Origin: Octopus sinensis
Taxonomy: Eukaryota
Direction of reading: 5' to 3'
DNA: 64,000 bases
Assembly (NCBI RefSeq): GCF_006345805.1
Contig: NC_043013.1
Location: 47,616,001-47,680,000, forward strand
Made by a program: the position numbers and the translations under genes
Shown here: piece after piece, positions 11,666-24,479 of the stretch
How the letters are laid out: each line of letters begins with the position of its first letter
Numbering within the stretch: position 1 is the first letter of the stretch
Notes under the pieces: model-generated
What the model saw: the letters and a program-made list of their open reading frames with translations, nothing else
What the model was told of the DNA's origin: nothing
Database searches by the model: none

Positions 11666-11997
11666 TAGGCCCCGCTACGCCTGTGTGGTGAAACGTTTGC
11701 TTCTCAACTACTAGGTTCTGTGTGTAGCCCCACTGCATGGGTAAGTGTCTTCTGCTACTGCCCCAGACCGATCAAAATCTTATGAGTGGATTTCGTTGAT
11801 AGAAGCTTAAAGAGACTCGACACATACATACATGCTTACATACATGCACTCACGTACATACCTATTTACACACATAAATACAATATGTATATATATTTAA
11901 ATATAAGTGTATGTGTCCCTGTTTTTGTTTCCCGTTACGTATTGACAACCGGTGTAGGTGTGTTTACGTCCCCGTAACATGGCGGTTCGACAAAAAT
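11666..11997 (+). mobile_element. Degenerate family-B SINE
   Basis: ctgtgtggtgaaacgtttgcttc...gggtaagtgtcttctgctac...gtgagtggatttc...ttgacaaccggtgtaggtgtgtttacgtccccgtaac matches family B. Confidence 0.65.
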
Positions 11998-12129
11998 ACA
12001 TCATACAATATGATATATAAGGTACGTTTATGTAGCCATGCTTTCGTTGGTGAGTGTATAGTTGCGTATTGGCAGCCCATTATTTTGTTTTCTTAAAACT
12101 GTACAAGTACTCTTGATATGAATAGGTTT

Positions 12130-12380
12130 TGCAATAATCCGCTTATCGGCTGTGGAATGTTGTATTTCTTCATCAAATTCCTCGAAGCTTTTTTTAACGG
12201 TAGTCAATAATTATGTAGTGCAATTACGTTTGGTGATCTTCGAATTTCTCAGCAGATTTTCCCATTTGGCTTACTGTTCAACATTACAACATTACAATCT
12301 TCTTTGAACCCTGCGTGTTCTTTCTTTGCACAGAATTGATTGGGATTGATGTGAAGTTGATACCCTTGCTGCTTCTAAAA
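12130..12380 (-). mobile_element. Decayed RTE-type LINE reverse-transcriptase fragment
   Basis: Minus-strand pieces EHAGFKEDC, EKFEDHQ...YIIIDY..AF and LMKKYNIPQPI match RT EQAGFR...IDY.KAFD...KY.IP motifs. Confidence 0.55.
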
Positions 12381-12395
12381 GGTAACAATTCCTCA

Positions 12396-12581
12396 GAGAG
12401 GACAAACGGATAAAGTCGTTTAAATCTATCCCAGTGCATAACTGGTACTTAATTTATCGACCTCGTAAGGATGAAAGGCAAAGTGGACCTCGGCAGAATT
12501 TGAACTCAGAACGTAACGGCAGACGAAATACCGCTAAGCATTTCGTCCGGCGTGCTAACGTTTCTGCCAGCTCGCCGTCTT
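12396..12581 (-). mobile_element. Family-A SINE
   Basis: Reverse complement of the 17685 copy (tttgaactcagaacgtaacggcagacgaaataccgctaagc...ctgccagctcgcc). Confidence 0.9.
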
Positions 12582-12888
12582 AAACTATCTATACCTGATA
12601 CACAGATGGTTGTCTCTACAAATATACTTTCACCCTTTTGCAGACCGACATAGTGACAAGGTTTACCATCAACTTCGATCGAATAAAGTAAATTTGTTAC
12701 TTGTACAAACTGTTTCCCTTGCTGATAGACCCAAACATTCACGTGCAATCAAAAACAATATGGATGTTAAAGATACCAACACGGTGTTCCTTCAATAAAA
12801 GTACTAAGAAAAAACATGTCCTTTCTCTTCCCAATTTGTCTGACATAATAAATTATATCGTAGCACCGTTCTCTAAACATCCTCAAAC

Positions 12889-12938
12889 ACATATCTGTAT
12901 AGCATATCTGTAAAGCATATCTGTGTAGCATATCTGTA
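12889..12938. repeat. 13-bp minisatellite, about 4 copies (catatctgtatag)
   Basis: catatctgtatag catatctgtaaag catatctgtgtag catatctgta. Confidence 0.85.
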
Positions 12939-15271
12939 CCACTTCATGATTTGTTTTTACATTGTATGTATTGTTTGTGGAGACACATTCGATCTGTGTA
13001 TGGCATCTTCATTTCCATGACATATTTAACTGGCATGTGTTGCTGTTTCTATATTCGTGCTTTGCCGCTTTGCATCATTTCCGTTGTGAGATGTATGACA
13101 TAATAGCTTTCATATTAGTTATGCAAATGATACTTAATTTAATGTTCCTAGTAAATAGTTTTCGATTTAATTATTTGTATAGTAGTGTTTACCATATAAG
13201 ATCATAAAGGTTTTGTCGATATTCGATTTAATGAGAATTAGGACAAAGGCACCTTCATAATAAGGGTACTACGACTGTAGGTAATTTGGTCCTTCAATCC
13301 CCTGGTTAGTAAAGTATTATTATAAGGGATTATCTTAATCGAAGATTTCCTAATTTGAAAACAAACTTGAAATCCTTCTGTTTTGTTTTTCATCGGGCTT
13401 CTTAATATAGATAAGTTTTTCATTAGTTCTATCAAATCTTTTATTTAAGTTATGTATAAAATTTAGGCGATATCAGAGAAACAATTATAAAATGTGTAAC
13501 TATGGTAAATTTTAGAATGAAGGCATGTATGTATTGATAATGCCCTTCCTTACTATCTCTAATGTATCTGTCATTTCGCGTTTTTGAATAAAACTAAGCT
13601 GTTGCCCTTCTATAATTCAAGATCGTTTCAGTCAAGTTTTAGCTTTGTATATATAAAATGTATGATATCACTATGCCACACATATCTACATACATTGGAC
13701 GACTAATGTCATACATCAAAAGTTGAAACGGGATCAGATATTTTGACTGAGATAGAATCTGTTTAAAAGGAATTCTATATTTTGTTAGCTTGCATGATAA
13801 TCTAGATTCGATATCGCTTGTAATATTTTAAGTATTTGCAAGTTCCGGGGCGCTTACATGGTAAAAATTTTAAATAAAAACAAACAGTAAAATAAAAAAA
13901 AGCATTAACAGAGTAGAAATAAACAGTATGAAAATGGATAAATCTCGGGTTATGTATGTAGTCTTCAATTTTATATGCATAAATAAAGAAACAAATATAT
14001 ATATGCGTGCACTTGTGTATACGAAATGTTAATAAATTATCGATGCACTTCACACATACGTAAATGTCAAAACACATACAACGAATGTAAATATTCCGAC
14101 ATTTATGATCTAATTCCGATACAACAAATATACTAAAACGACTTCAGTGTCACTTCGTAATCGTAAATTAAATACTTAGCTATTTAATTTCTTTCAAATA
14201 AAATTTTAAAACTTAATCCAAAAACTTTAAGCTTAGTGTTTCAAAACAGAAAATGTTCACAATCATGATTTAGAATGTTTCAATGAAATACAAATAAAAT
14301 AAGAAAAAAGAGGGAATTTTACAATAATCTTTTAACGAGAGAATTATCACTTTTGTGTTCGAGTGTAGTTTTCATTTTTGATATAAAATAGTAATAAAAA
14401 GTATGGCCTTATCAGCTAAAATCACTGAGCTACATATTCAATAATATAGTGAGACGATCGTTTATAAGCAGTCAGTTTTTCAATTTTGTTGCTGAGAATT
14501 TTCTTTTTTAAAATATTATATCACATTTTTAAAGCCCTGAATTGGCATTTCTAATTTCTAAGATTCTTAAAGTAAATCCGCCCCACCAAGAAATAAATAT
14601 ATAAATTTAAAGAAATAAATTTAGCTAATACAGATTTTCAATTCTCTGCTTTGCTTCATTATATCTATATTTGTTCTCATAATATCTATAAAGTCGGTAA
14701 GTATATGTAACAAATACGACCACATGCACGCATCTTTCTTGCACCTAATTCTCAACTACAGGGAAAATTAACTATATAATCCATCAAACGAGCAAAAACT
14801 GAGAGAAGCTGAAACATTTTAATCATTTTTTAAAATTATGTTGCAGAATGTAAAAATAAAAATTGTAGAACTTTAATTTGAATGGCGCCTTTAAAGCACA
14901 CACATATATATCTGAAATGATGGATAACTTAGCTGTGTAATCAACTGATTATTTCCTTTCGGGTATATATGTGTTCTTGTGTTTCTTCATACATGGAAAA
15001 CAGCATGTGGCATTTTAACCAAAAGTAACGATTCGTTCTCTCTAAAACACAGATACTGTAATGTGAATTAAACCAACTCATATTAATATATTCATTGTAA
15101 AATGTAAATAAAATGAAAATTTTGCGTGTTTCAGTATGAAAATTGTAAAATAGGTGTGTTGAATAGAAGCTGAAAGGAATCCATGGTCAACAGTGAATTA
15201 TGAGTAATACTTACTTCATGGACTCTTTCTATAATGTAAGAAGTAAGCGAAAATCCCTCACATACTCCTAT

Positions 15272-15437
15272 AATCTTTTCTACTCTAGGCACAAGGCACG
15301 AAACCTTTTTGTTTATTTTTTTTTTTTTTTGGTATGGAGGGCATTCGATTAGATCGACCCCAGTACGCAACTGGTGCTTAATTTATCGAATCCGAGTGGA
15401 TGAAAGGCGAAGTCAACCTCAGCGGAATTTGAACTCA
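15272..15437 (-). mobile_element. Head-truncated family-A SINE
   Basis: ctaggcacaaggc...gatcgaccccagtacgcaactgg...ggaatttgaactca. Confidence 0.8.
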
Positions 15438-15536
15438 CCACACATACCCGTATGATAAAGAAGCATTTTGAAACTTTATGTAACAGTTCATAATTTGTGC
15501 TGAGCTAAATATATCGCCATCTCTGAGGTCTATATA

Positions 15537-15696
15537 TATTTCTTTATTGCCCAATAGGGGCTAAACATAGAGGGGACAAACAAGGACAGACAAAGGGATT
15601 AAGTCGATTACATCGACCTCAGTGAGTAACTGGTACTTAATTTATCGACCCCGAGATGATGAAAAGAGAAGTCGACCTCAGCGGAATTTGAACTCA
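15537..15696 (-). mobile_element. Head-truncated family-A SINE (different tail subtype)
   Basis: tatttctttattgcccaataggggctaaacatagaggggacaaac...ggaatttgaactca. Confidence 0.8.
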
Positions 15697-16425
15697 CCTC
15701 ACATACCCGTATGATAAAGAAGCATTTTAAAACTTAATGTAACAGTTCAAAACTTGCGCTGAGCTAAATATATTGTCATCACTGAAGTCTATATAACTAA
15801 GTAGATTATTCAGTTTGGAACTGCGATAAATACATTTCGTGGTATATTCTGAATATGTGTGCATGTGTGTGTAAGAGAGAATATGTATGTGCGTGTGTGC
15901 GTGTATGCGCATGTAACAGTGTGAGTCACGTCAGATTATTTAAGGTTTCATTGGAGTAGTACATTTCCACTTCATCAGCTTTTGGGGGAAAACCGAGATA
16001 ATTTAAAAGAAGTTTTTAAATGACCTCTAAATATTTCAGCCCTATTGCTCAGGTCAGTTCATGTTATTGCTTTAGCTGTCATAGCAACAGCGGATTTTTA
16101 TTTCTTTTACATCTAGTAAAACTTCCTTACAGAAAACCTAAAGAGGAATACTGTTCATATTCATAGAGAATCCAACAACATACTGGCTGTAATTAGAAAC
16201 TTAGCACAACAAAATGTTATATCGATGTTCGTTATGATGTACGGATTGTTTTTCTGCGTGTTTTTCTTTTGGGCGGAGGTTTTCATACATCCTACTTTTA
16301 CTTCTTAGTTATATTCGTTTCAAATTTTGGCATAAGGCCAGAGAGTTCGAGGAAGGAATCAAGTCGATTACATCAACCTCGGTGAACATGGATCTCATTT
16401 ATAAATGATAGTTTACCTTAATAAC

Positions 16426-16626
16426 AATAGCCTTTCCTACTTTAAGCACAAAGCCTGGAATTTTATCGGAGAGACCCTGATTCTCAGTTGGTACTTATTT
16501 CAGCGACCTGAAAGGGTGAAAGGCAAAGGCGACTGAGTCGAACTTTCAAACTCGGAACGTAAATGAGGACGAAATGCAACTCAGCATTTTGTCCAAAGTG
16601 CTAACGATTCTGCTAGCTCACCGCTC
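16426..16626 (-). mobile_element. Degenerate family-A SINE
   Basis: gaaagggtgaaaggcaaag...gtgctaacgattctgctagctcaccg. Confidence 0.7.
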
Positions 16627-16628
16627 CG

Positions 16629-16692
<64 letters not shown>

Positions 16693-16709
16693 TGATGATG
16701 ATGATGATA

Positions 16710-16878
16710 TTTTTTTAATTTATTTATTAGATATTCACTAGTACAACACCAAAAAACCCCAAATATATGGCACACTAGGCATAACAACAACGTGAACTTC
16801 CAACCTATTGTCTCTTGAGGTCTCTGGGTGAGACTTGGAGCCAACTTGTACAAACATAAAGCAAAAGTCAAACATAGA
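16710..16878 (+). mobile_element. Solo 3'-UTR fragment of the R4/Dong LINE, flanked by (AAT)n
   Basis: Reverse complement of about 27592-27760 (ggcacactaggcataacaac...gggtgagacttggagccaacttgtacaaa...gcaaaagtcaaacataga). Confidence 0.85.
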
Positions 16879-16895
16879 ATAATAATAATAATAAT

Positions 16896-17108
16896 AATCC
16901 TTTCTTTTATAGGTACAAGGCCTAAAATTTTAGGGCACGGGACTAATCGATTCCAGTGACCCCAGAATTTCAATGGTACTTAATTTATCGATACCGAAAG
17001 GATGAAAGAAAAAGTCGACCGCGGTGGAATTTGAAATCAGAATGTAGCAGCGTGCGAAATACCGCCAAGCATTTGGTCCAGCGTGCTAACGATTCTGCCA
17101 GCTCGCCG
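16896..17108 (-). mobile_element. Family-A SINE
   Basis: gaaaggatgaaag...ggaatttgaaatcag...gtgctaacgattctgccagctcgcc. Confidence 0.8.
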
Positions 17109-17116
17109 ATCCAATA

Positions 17117-17163
<47 letters not shown>

Positions 17164-17565
17164 TCAACAACAACAACAACAAACAACAACGACACCAACA
17201 ACAATGTGCCTTCAAAGATTATTTCGTAGAATCGATTTTGTAAGAAACAGCAGAATGGTTTAATTGAAATAAGTAAATCACAGAAGGTGTTTATAAAGAA
17301 ATTCGTAGGAATGCGTTTTATAGTGAGCGTTATATTCACTGACAATAATACAGAATAACATTGGAAGGTTGTCTCTAACGAGAAGCGCGAAAGAAAATGT
17401 TCAGCTACTTTGTAAATCTAAGCTTACTTTTCTTTCAAAATTAGGATTGTTGGATAATATTTCTCATTAATTGGTAAAGTATACATCTCTGTTCAAACTG
17501 TAACACACGTTGTTCATTATTAAGAGTCACAGTGAGCACAAATAAATACTTGTACGTGTGCATAA

Positions 17566-17645
<80 letters not shown>

Positions 17646-17684
17646 ATATATACATATATATATATGCATGTATATATATACATA

Positions 17685-17918
17685 GAAGGCGGCGAGCTGG
17701 CAGAAACGTTAGCACGTCGGGCGAAATGCGTAGCCGTATTTCGTCTGCCGTTACGTCCTGAGTTCAAATTCCGCCGAGGTCGACTTTGCCTTTCATCCTT
17801 TCGGGGTCGATTAAATAAGTACCAGTTACCCACTGGGGTTGATGTAATCGACTTAATCCGTTTGTCTGTCCTTGTTTGTCCCCTCTGTGTTTAGCCCCTT
17901 GTGGGTAGTAAAGAAATA
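17685..17918 (+). mobile_element. Intact family-A tRNA-derived SINE
   Basis: gaaggcggcgagctggcagaaacgttag (A-box-like)...gagttcaaattcc (B box)...gtgggtagtaaagaaata tail. Confidence 0.92.
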
Positions 17919-17926
17919 ATATATAT

Positions 17927-17985
<59 letters not shown>

Positions 17986-19351
17986 CATACAGAGAGAAAG
18001 AGACCGACAGACGCACAGGCAGATAGATAGATAGAAACACACGCCAGAAGTAAATATAAATATAAAAGGTAAAAGAAAGATACGTATATATATATATATA
18101 TATATATATATGTTTGTACGGGTTTATATATATATATATATACACATGTACGTGTGAATATGTATACATTCACCTATACACAGTCACAAACACACCCACT
18201 CACACACACACACACACACACACAACACACACACACACGTGCGCAAACACACAAACGTGGGTTCAAGTTATGTTTTCTAGGTTGATGTGAATTGAAATTA
18301 AGTATCACTGATATATAAAGAAGTATCATTTGATTAAGATTGAAAATTCTTCTTGATCCTATCAATATAAATGCAGACCACCTCCCACTTGCAGCCATTT
18401 CACATTAACAATAAACTATTTTGGTATTTGCCCCACAAAGATGAATTTATAAAAAAACATCCTTTCAGTTGAGCAAGTTCAGCATAAAACGAACATTAGT
18501 AATTAGCTGGATATAGGTGAACCAAAGCCCTGTTTTGATCTGTACCCACAAAAAGAGAAAAGATAAACCTTTCAGAAAGAAAAAAAAATGGAGAATTCTC
18601 GTGGCTCGTTAACGCAATTTTAGATATACACTAAACTAAGTATGTAAGCAAGAAGAAAAAAAAAACGTTTGAAAATATTAAAAATCATTAGAAATAGAAT
18701 GTTCACGCTTATTTTTGTTGTTTGTTTTCTTGTTTCAGTCACATATACGTATTTTATTACACACAAATAAATACATACATAAGTATATATATACGTGCAC
18801 GCATACGTATATCTACATATATTTTCTTGTAACAAGGAATATATGTGCACCGCCTCCCCTACACTCTATTCTACACTTTCAGAGATGTTGACTAAAACTT
18901 AGGCGTACAAACATACAGATAAATAACATTAACGGAATACATACATAGATATTTACTTTTATATGTATACATATTTATGTCTTAATACACAGGCACGGCA
19001 CAGATGTATGCGTATACGTTATTACTTATATACGTATGTGTATTTAGGTATATGCATATGTGTGTGTGTGCGTGTTTATACGTTCATACAAACAATTTCT
19101 ACATATTTCAAATCTGTATTAATAGACTTGTAGTACCCTAGTATATGAACACATTAACAGTAGCATATAATTAATCGTTTCAGTAAAAAAAGTCACAACC
19201 ACATTTTCAACATGTAGATTCATGTATTCATTCATATATATACATATTTCTACACACACACACACACATATATATATATATTTATATATCGTGCATATAT
19301 ATATATTATACACATATAAATATTATGCATATACATATCATACATACACAT

Positions 19352-19409
<58 letters not shown>

Positions 19410-19868
19410 TATATGTATATGCATATATACATACATATATACATATATATATATATCATACATACGTACATACATACGTGCATGCGTACGTATGTACACA
19501 TATATACATTGATATCCCTCATGTTCGCACACATACCAACACTCTCATCAACACATGAATGCTTGAATCATAGAAATGCCTATACATGCACTTGAACGTA
19601 AATATTTACACACTCACACAAACATACATACACACACATATGATGGCGAGTGTACACAAACTAATATTCAAGGATAAAACATCTGTAATTGTGCGCATAT
19701 ATGTAAAGTGGTATGTATCACGCTCCTACATATAAATATATACATATATATATACATATATATATATATAATATATATATATATATAATATATTAGAGAC
19801 ATATATATATATAAAGATATATATATATATATATACATTCATACCTGTATATATATATATATATATAA

Positions 19869-19919
<51 letters not shown>

Positions 19920-20193
19920 ACATACCTGTATATATATATACCTATTACCTACACACAGTTACATTTAAAAACATGAGCATATGTCTGTGTGTATACTAAT
20001 ATATATTCAGTGCCTTAAATTATGCATTTACCAATGTATACACCTAACACTTACGCACAAACACATACACATATACTGTCACGTACGGATCTCCTTGTTT
20101 TCTACTGTCTTCAGTACTTTTAATCTAGTTTGCAATTTTAGATTATGTATATTCACACACACACACACACACACAACACACACACACACACAC

Positions 20194-20225
<32 letters not shown>

Positions 20226-21149
20226 CACGCACATGTGCACATATAGACACGAAATGTTTTGTTTGTATGAACACAGTTGTGTATATAAATATGTGTAGCT
20301 ATATAAAAATATACATATATTTATTTTATATGCGTGTATATATATATATAGATATATATACATGTATATATTCATATATGTACAATACATTTATATGCTT
20401 GGATATATGCGCGTATGTGTGTAAGACACTTTCTCATTTATATACAAATAAAGTAGAAGAAATTGAAACAAGCAGCCAAATGTTTTGTTTTCATTGGAAA
20501 GAAGGAGTATAATTACAAAAAACTTCATCTTAATTGTGTTTCCATGTAAATTCCAGCATTTCCGTTTTTGTATATCATTTAGTGTATGTATCTTGATCAT
20601 ATCCTCAATGTATATCGATCATTTCTTAGGTGTGTGCGCGTGTGTATCAGTGTGTCCGTGTGTGTGTATGGAGATCATTTAGCGGATGTATATATATATA
20701 TATATCTGTGGGTGATATGTGTGTCTTTTAAACTAAACCGTAATAGTGCTGCCATATTTCGCTAAAATGGAACAGTATGATGATGAGATGAGAGCATCTT
20801 TAGAAGAAATATATATTCACCTAGCTATACTTTCGTTTTCAGTCGGTATTTAATTACATTAGTGTAATCATGTTGATGATGATGTTGATAATGATGATGA
20901 TTGTGTTGGGTGGTGGTGGTGGTGGTGGTGGTGGTGGTTATAGCTTATAACCATGACTTATGACCATGATGACGATGATGATGATGATGATGATGATGAA
21001 AATAATGACGACGACGGTAATGCTACCTTTCCTGTTATTGTACTTTCCTTGTTTACATTTCACATTACATTCAGTCGCAAAGATGAAGGTTTTTCTTTTT
21101 TTGCTGTGTAGTTGGTAATTTTTGTAGTAGTAATAAATAATAGTTGTCA

Positions 21150-21358
21150 TTGTTGATGATGATGATGATGATGATGACGATGAAGATGATGATGATGATT
21201 ACGACGATGACGACGATGATGATGATGATGATGAAGATGATGATGATGAAGATGATGATGATGATGACGACGATGATGACGATGATGACGATGATGATGA
21301 TGATGACGATGATGATGATGATGACGACGACGATGATGATGATGACGACGATGAGGAC

Positions 21359-21398
<40 letters not shown>

Positions 21399-21420
21399 TT
21401 GGAGATGGAGATGATGATCG
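21150..21420. repeat. (GAT)n/(GAC)n trinucleotide repeat
   Basis: Direct inspection; source of the poly-M, poly-I and poly-S ORFs. Confidence 0.95.
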
Positions 21421-21549
21421 TAAAGTTATTGTGGATAGTGGTATTAGAAATATTTCGCTGCCACTGGTGTAGGTTGTGCCCGATTGACAGTGGCCAACTC
21501 TGATCAAAGGACCGTCCAGCTGCCATATTTTCTTTTTCATGTTGCTAAT

Positions 21550-22048
21550 AGAGGATTTGAGGGAGATACGGAAGAGTAGAGACATCAGACTCGCTACCAA
21601 ATGCAGATTGGTGAATGCAATTATCTTCCCAATAGCAACATATGGATGCGAGACCTGGACACCAAAGAAAGCTGACCAGAAGAGAATTAATGCATTCGAG
21701 CTTTGGTGTTGGAGAAGACTTTTACGGATTCCATGGACAGCGAGGCTCACCAATTGAGAAGTTCTTAAGCAGATCAGGCCGAACATGTCGCTAGAAGCTA
21801 GGATCACCAAGCATAGATTGGCATATTTCGGTCATATTATGCGGAGAAAATCCCTGGATAAGGACATCATGCTCGGAATGGTCAGTGGCAAGAGAGGAAG
21901 AGGCCGACCAAGAACCCGCTGGCTTGACACCATCAAGAGGGATACCGGAATGGACATAGCCAATCTGAAAGAAGCGGCCCAGGATAGAACTGACTGGAGG
22001 ACACTGATCCAACGAATAACCGAGAGTCGACTTCGACTGAGCGGATAG
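21550..22048 (+). mobile_element. 5'-truncated RTE (BovB-like) LINE 3' end
   Basis: ORFs 21539-21757 and 21785-22048 (single frameshift): KCRLVNAIIFPIATYGCETW...RINAFELWCWRRLLRIPWTAR...RLAYFGHIMR...GKRGRGRPRTRWLD, the typical RTE ORF C-terminus. Confidence 0.92.
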
Positions 22049-22233
22049 ATAGATGGTTACTACTTGAAGTAATCGAGCAGCCACTTAGCTTTTTAGTTTG
22101 TTTTGTTTTGTTATTTTATGATGTTGTTGTTGTTGTTACATTTCTGAGCATGGGTTATATCTGGTGAAAAGTATAGTAACAACTTCAAAATATCGAATAT
22201 CATTGTAAAGTACTTGCAATATTTGTGTAATAT

Positions 22234-22445
22234 AAGGCTGTGAGCTGGCAGAATCGTTAGCACCCTGGGGAAAATGCTAAGCAACATTTCGTCCATCTTT
22301 GCATTATGAGTTCAAATGCCGCCGGGGTCGGCTTTGCCTTTCATTATTTCGGGATCGATAAAATAATTACAAGGTGTACATTAGGGTCGATTTAATCAAC
22401 TCTTCCCCGTAATTTGCTTTCCTTGTGTCAAAATTTGAGATCAAT
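22234..22445 (+). mobile_element. Family-A SINE
   Basis: gagctggcagaatcgttagcacc...gagttcaaatgccgccggggtcggctttgcc. Confidence 0.8.
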
Positions 22446-23206
22446 ATTTTTTGTAATCTGAAATAGCAGATTTGTTATACAGAAATCTCTTAATTTTATG
22501 ACACAAGCATTTATACGAATATCATATATACATGTTATCCATTTGAATTCATATAGCCAATGCACAAACATAAATATATCTTGACACCTTCTATTTGTTA
22601 TTCCATTATAAAAAAAAATTAGAGAATATTGTTGTTTGCTATTTAGACCTTGTTCATTCGTGTTCGTAAAGAACTACGATCAAATGCGTTCTAGCTGCGA
22701 CCATCTCAACTTATTATCAGTGTGTCTAGTATTACATTATCTATCGCATGTCAGGAAACTGTGCCTCTTTTCATAGTAACATATAGTGTAATAATTTGTG
22801 TGATTTGTGTGAATGAAAGCCTTAACAAAAAAAGTTGTGAAGCAATAAAGTATATTCATAAAAGCAAGATGCATAGAATTGATGAGATTAAAACATAATT
22901 CTCCGTAATATCATCTCGTTATACGATATCACTTCAATATGTTGATATTCCTTCAGACTCGGTTTTATAAAGTTATCACTCTGCGCTTGAATTTTCACCA
23001 GCACCCTACTAATATTCGTCTGAATTTGAGACTGAAGTTAAAGCAGTTTCAAACCTTCTCAATGCCAGGATTTCATTGGTCAACAATTTCATGGTAAATA
23101 AGAGCATAAGAAATGTTTTTTTTTACTAAGAAGTGTTTACTCCTTGAGCAATTCAGGATAACAAGGTATTTCGAATTGGGAACCTCAAGAGAAACTATTT
23201 ATTGTA

Positions 23207-24444
23207 TTGGGTTGGCAACTAAGTTCCTGCTGTTATTTTGAATTTAAATTTTTTAAAAGGTTTAAAAAATAACAACTAATTAATCAATAATATATTCACT
23301 CTTGTTGTTTACAACTTCTTCCCAACGTTCAACAAGATTTTCAATACCTCGTTGTCAGAAATCACCCGATTTTGACTCGAATAATTGATCCAGCCAATCT
23401 CTCAATTCTGCATCAGTATTGAACGAAACTCCGCACTTAGCATTTGAAAGAGATCGAAAGAGGTGGAAATCCGCTGGTGCCAAATCAGGAGAGTACGGTG
23501 GGTATGGCAGCACTTCCCAGCCATGCGTTTGAATGGAACCCTTGGTCATATCGGCGATATGAGGGAGGGCGTTGTCGTGCAGCAGAATAACTCCATGATG
23601 CCGATTAGGTCTTTTCTCTTGAGCAGCCGTGTTGAGTCGTTCCATCTGTTGAACATAGAGTTCCGCGTTGACCGTTTGGTTCCGTTCAAGCAATTCGTAA
23701 TGGATAATCCCTTCCCAGCCCCACCATACACACTATATCGTTTTACGCGGATGAAGATCTTCTTTCACGCGCGGTGTCGCTTGTTTACCGGGGCTAAGCC
23801 ATTCCTTACGCTGCTTCACATTGATGAACAGGCACCATTTTTCATCGCCAGTAACGAATCGGTAAAGAAATCATTGCTTGTGTCTATGAGTTGAGCGGTG
23901 ACGAGCAAGCAAACCAGCGGAGAGTGTGGCTCGTTGATTTTTGTTGCTGTCACATAAAGCATGCGGAAGCCATGCCCCATACTTCTGAACCTTTCCCATC
24001 GAGTGAAGATGCTTCTCTATAGCAGTGTGGGAGTATTCCATTTTTGTTTGCCAGTTCTCTTGTCGTTTGACGAGAATTTTCGTGCAAAAGTTGGTTTAAT
24101 CGCTCTTCGTCGAACTCAACTGGACGGCCAGAACGAGGTGCGTCATTGAGGTCAAAATTTGCATTTTTGAACTTAGCATACCAATCACGAGCAGTTCTTT
24201 CAGCTATGACACCCTCTCCATACACAGCACAAATGTCTTGAGCAGCATTTGCGGTTTTGATTAAAAGCATAATGGAAGAGGTGTCAAAAATGCTCGTTTT
24301 TTTTTTAACTTGACATTCCGTTTTAATGATCTGAAAATATACAAAAATTAACTAAAATTAACTAGAAAAAATAGATTCCAAAATTTAAAAGCACAATATA
24401 TTCCAAAATTTTGAAAAACGGTAGGAACTTAGTTGCCAACCCAA
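23207..24444 (-). mobile_element. Full-length decayed mariner (DD34D) transposon, 1238 bp
   Basis: TIRs ttgggttggcaactaagttcct / aggaacttagttgccaacccaa flanked by TA on both sides; transposase motifs present. Confidence 0.95.
23280..24321 (-). pseudogene. Mariner transposase pseudogene
   Basis: HTH AERTARDWYAKFK...DAPRSGRP, WLPHAL, and HDNALPH...YSPDLAPAD with 34 residues between the catalytic Asps; start codon reads ACG; stops and frameshifts present. Confidence 0.9.
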
Positions 24445-24479
24445 TATATTGCTCGAATATAGCGAGCGATACCTATACA

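Noticed and set aside
12889-12938. Short regular repeats as a CRISPR-like array (also 38282-38313, 5580-5645)
   Set aside because: No unique spacers, 2-4 units only, eukaryotic context; ordinary minisatellites.
14566-14894. Possible TTAA-flanked (Kolobok/piggyBac-like) element
   Set aside because: Terminal inverted similarity is only a few bases; TTAA is frequent in AT-rich DNA.
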